Shown here piece after piece: positions 8,410 to 10,224 of a DNA stretch of 10,224 nucleotides (within the stretch, counting starts at the first letter, position 1; every line of letters begins with the position of its first letter). Source of the DNA: Rotaria sordida (Eukaryota); assembly GCA_905251635.1 (NCBI GenBank), contig CAJNOT010001046.1, positions 55,455 to 65,678 of the forward strand, read 5' to 3'. The position numbers and the translations under genes are program-made. The notes beneath the pieces were generated by a model, which was not told the origin of the DNA, did no database searches, and worked only from the letters and a program-made list of their open reading frames with translations.

Positions 8410-9317
8410 TAATTCCCAATATTCCAGCCAATGCCCGATGGGCACATAATGGAGTGACCGTTGCTGGAGGCCATGGAAAAGGCAATGCCACCAATCAACT
8501 CGACTGGCCTCTTGGTCTCTTCGTTGATGATGATCAAACGATGGTCATCGTTGACATGGGCAATCATCGTATCATCCAATGGAAGATGGGTGATACGAAT
8601 GGACAAGTAGTGGCTGGTGGCCATGGCCGAGGAAATCGATTGGATCAATTGAATCAACCAAGCGATGTGTTGATCGACAAAGAGACGGATAGTCTCATTA
8701 TTTGTGATACTAGACGAGTCGTACGATGGTCTCGTCGTAGTGGCACAACTCAAGGAGAAATCATCATCGACAACATCAGTTGTTGGGGATTGACCATGAA
8801 TGATCAGAGATATCTCTACATTTCTGAAAACAAAAAAAATGAAGTAAGACGATATCAAATTGGAGACAAGAATGGAACTCTTGTGGCTGGTGGCAGTGGC
8901 GAAGGCATTAATCTCAATCAATTCAACTGGCCGACCTACGTGTTTGTTGATCAACAACAGACTGTCTACGTGTCAGACAACCACAATCATCGTGTGATGA
9001 AATGGAATAAAGGTGCAAAAGAAGGAATTATCGTAGCTGGGGGTCAAGGCGAAGGGAATACTCTGACGCAATTATATCGTCCTAACGGATTGTTCGTCGA
9101 CACATTGGGTACCATCTATGTGGCAGACGCGAGGAATCATCGAGTGATGCGTTGGCCTAAAGGAGCGAAGCAGGGCACTGTCATTGTGGGTGGAAATGGT
9201 CCAGGAGAAGGAGCAAATCAGTTCAACGGTCCCGTTGGTTTATCCTTCGATCGACATGGCAATCTCTATGTCGTCGATAATGGGAATCATCGTGTTCAAC
9301 GATTTTCTATCGAATAA
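8410..9317 (+). CDS. NHL-repeat (six-bladed beta-propeller-like) protein, 3'-terminal exon; upstream exon(s) not identified
   Basis: Six tandem about 45-50 aa repeats with the signature (V/I)(V/A)GG.G.G...(N/D)Q(L/F)..P.(G/Y/D)(L/V)..D....(I/L/V)Y(V/I).D..NHR(V/I)..W, ending QRFSIE* at 9317. The track ORF start at 8316 is a TTG inside a repeat arm. There is no ATG before the conserved region, but a polypyrimidine tract followed by ...TTCATTGTAG (AG at 8408-8409) is a good splice acceptor, so the coding exon probably begins at 8410. Confidence 0.85.
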
Positions 9318-9351
9318 ACTCATTACGATGGATTTTTATTCCTTTCTCTCA

Positions 9352-9357
9352 AATAAA
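9352..9357 (+). promoter_or_regulatory. Candidate polyadenylation signal AATAAA for the NHL gene
   Basis: AATAAA 35 nt downstream of the stop codon; a second AATAAA (9313-9318) overlaps the TAA stop. Confidence 0.5.
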
Positions 9358-9407
9358 TCACGTTGATTGATGAAAAGAATGGCTATTCTATTCGCGCGCG
9401 CACGCGA

Positions 9408-9558
9408 CCAGGAACCATCCTGGTGGAGTCGTGGCGAGCATAACGCTCATGCACGCACCGGACAGACTCAAATCATTTATATCCCTCCCACTCAAGAGAT
9501 ATGTCAATGAGTCTGTGGAAGCCCGGTCGTGTGCCACGGACACCAAGATAGTTCCTGG
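9408..9558. repeat. Small inverted repeat, arms 9408-9437 and about 9529-9558
   Basis: CCAGGAACCATCCTGGTG(gagt)CGTGGC vs reverse-complement CCAGGAACTATCTTGGTG(tc)CGTGGC. Locally GC-rich. Confidence 0.6.
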
Positions 9559-9781
9559 CCCGGTTTTTAGGACCTACCCGGAAGACCTCAAAGAAACCAG
9601 AGATCTAACCTCAATGGACATGATTCACCCCTTCTCCTACTAACGCTCACTTTTCTGAGGCTCACACTAACTTTACTCATTCTCACTGTCATTATCTAAC
9701 CTCATCCCCCTCGTACCCTATTCTTGTCTCGAAAAAGAAATTACTCACATGCTTTGATGTTGGACGATGGGGTGGGTGTGT

Positions 9782-10004
9782 GGATGTGGACGTGGGTGTG
9801 AGTGTGTGGATGTGGACATGGGTGTGGGTGTGTGGATGTGGACGTGGGTGTGCGTGTGTGGATGTGGACATGGGTGTGGGTGTGTGGATGTGGACGTGGG
9901 TGTGTGGATGTGGACATGGGTGTGGGTGTGTGGATGTGGACGTGGGTGTGTGGATGTGGATCTGACTTTTTATTTCATCTACGCCCACACCCACACCCAC
10001 ACCC
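9782..10004. repeat. GT-rich minisatellite with alternating unit variants, followed by inverted (CCCACA)n
   Basis: Unit starts at 9782, 9808, 9834, 9860, 9886, 9906, 9932 and 9952: GGATGTGGAC[G/A]TGGGTGTG(.GTGTGT) of 26 or 20 bp. Spacer tctgactttttatttcatctacg, then CCCACACCCACACCCACACCC at 9984-10004. Confidence 0.92.
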
Positions 10005-10224
10005 TTCATATCTCATGAGGCAAACTCATATTTGGAAATTATGATAGCAAAATCTTTAATAGATTTATTGTTTTTGTCGTTTTCATTTAGCTTTTCGGTT
10101 GTTACATTAACGTTTGTTATTCATTTTCATGATAGTATCTACATTATCTCAAAAAATGTAGAATAAGAATCAAACATATTCAACGAAAATGCTTTGATAT
10201 ATCTGAAGTATGAGAATCGAAACG

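Noticed and set aside
8337-8957. 206-aa minus-strand ORF antisense to the NHL gene
   Set aside because: The plus strand has the conserved six-blade NHL signature; the antisense frame has no recognisable motif and is probably incidental.
9692-10044. ORFs of HIHTPT / VWMWTW repeats
   Set aside because: Translations of the 20/26-bp GT-rich minisatellite in all frames.

Overview
Eukaryotic, intron-bearing, AT-rich window. The two gene families present (RING/TRAF-type zinc finger, and multi-blade NHL propeller) suggest a bdelloid rotifer; this is inference, not tested. Two genes are supportable. (1) A spliced RING + TRAF-type zinc finger + coiled-coil gene, join(2354..2650,2698..3081), with a 47-nt intron that the ORF track misses. 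(2) The 3' exon of an NHL-repeat propeller protein at about 8410-9317. Much of the rest is inverted (foldback) repeats. At least eight stem-forming structures occur, built from different sequence families: a pentamer G/C-strand-switching array with nested AT-rich arms (5-958), a GGAATTCC-rich two-tier palindrome (about 960-1480), GT->CA foldbacks at 1485-1625 and 9782-10004 with a mini-relative at 4443-4490, a diverged inverted pair (about 3505-4000), an 840-bp element with about 255-bp arms (5578-6417), a nonamer array with terminal inverted repeats directly upstream of the NHL exon (7857-8335), and a small inverted repeat at 9408-9558. The GT arrays contain TGTGGG units, which I recall as the bdelloid telomeric repeat. 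I see no convincing prokaryotic features, CRISPR, tRNA or rRNA, and no transposase ORF.
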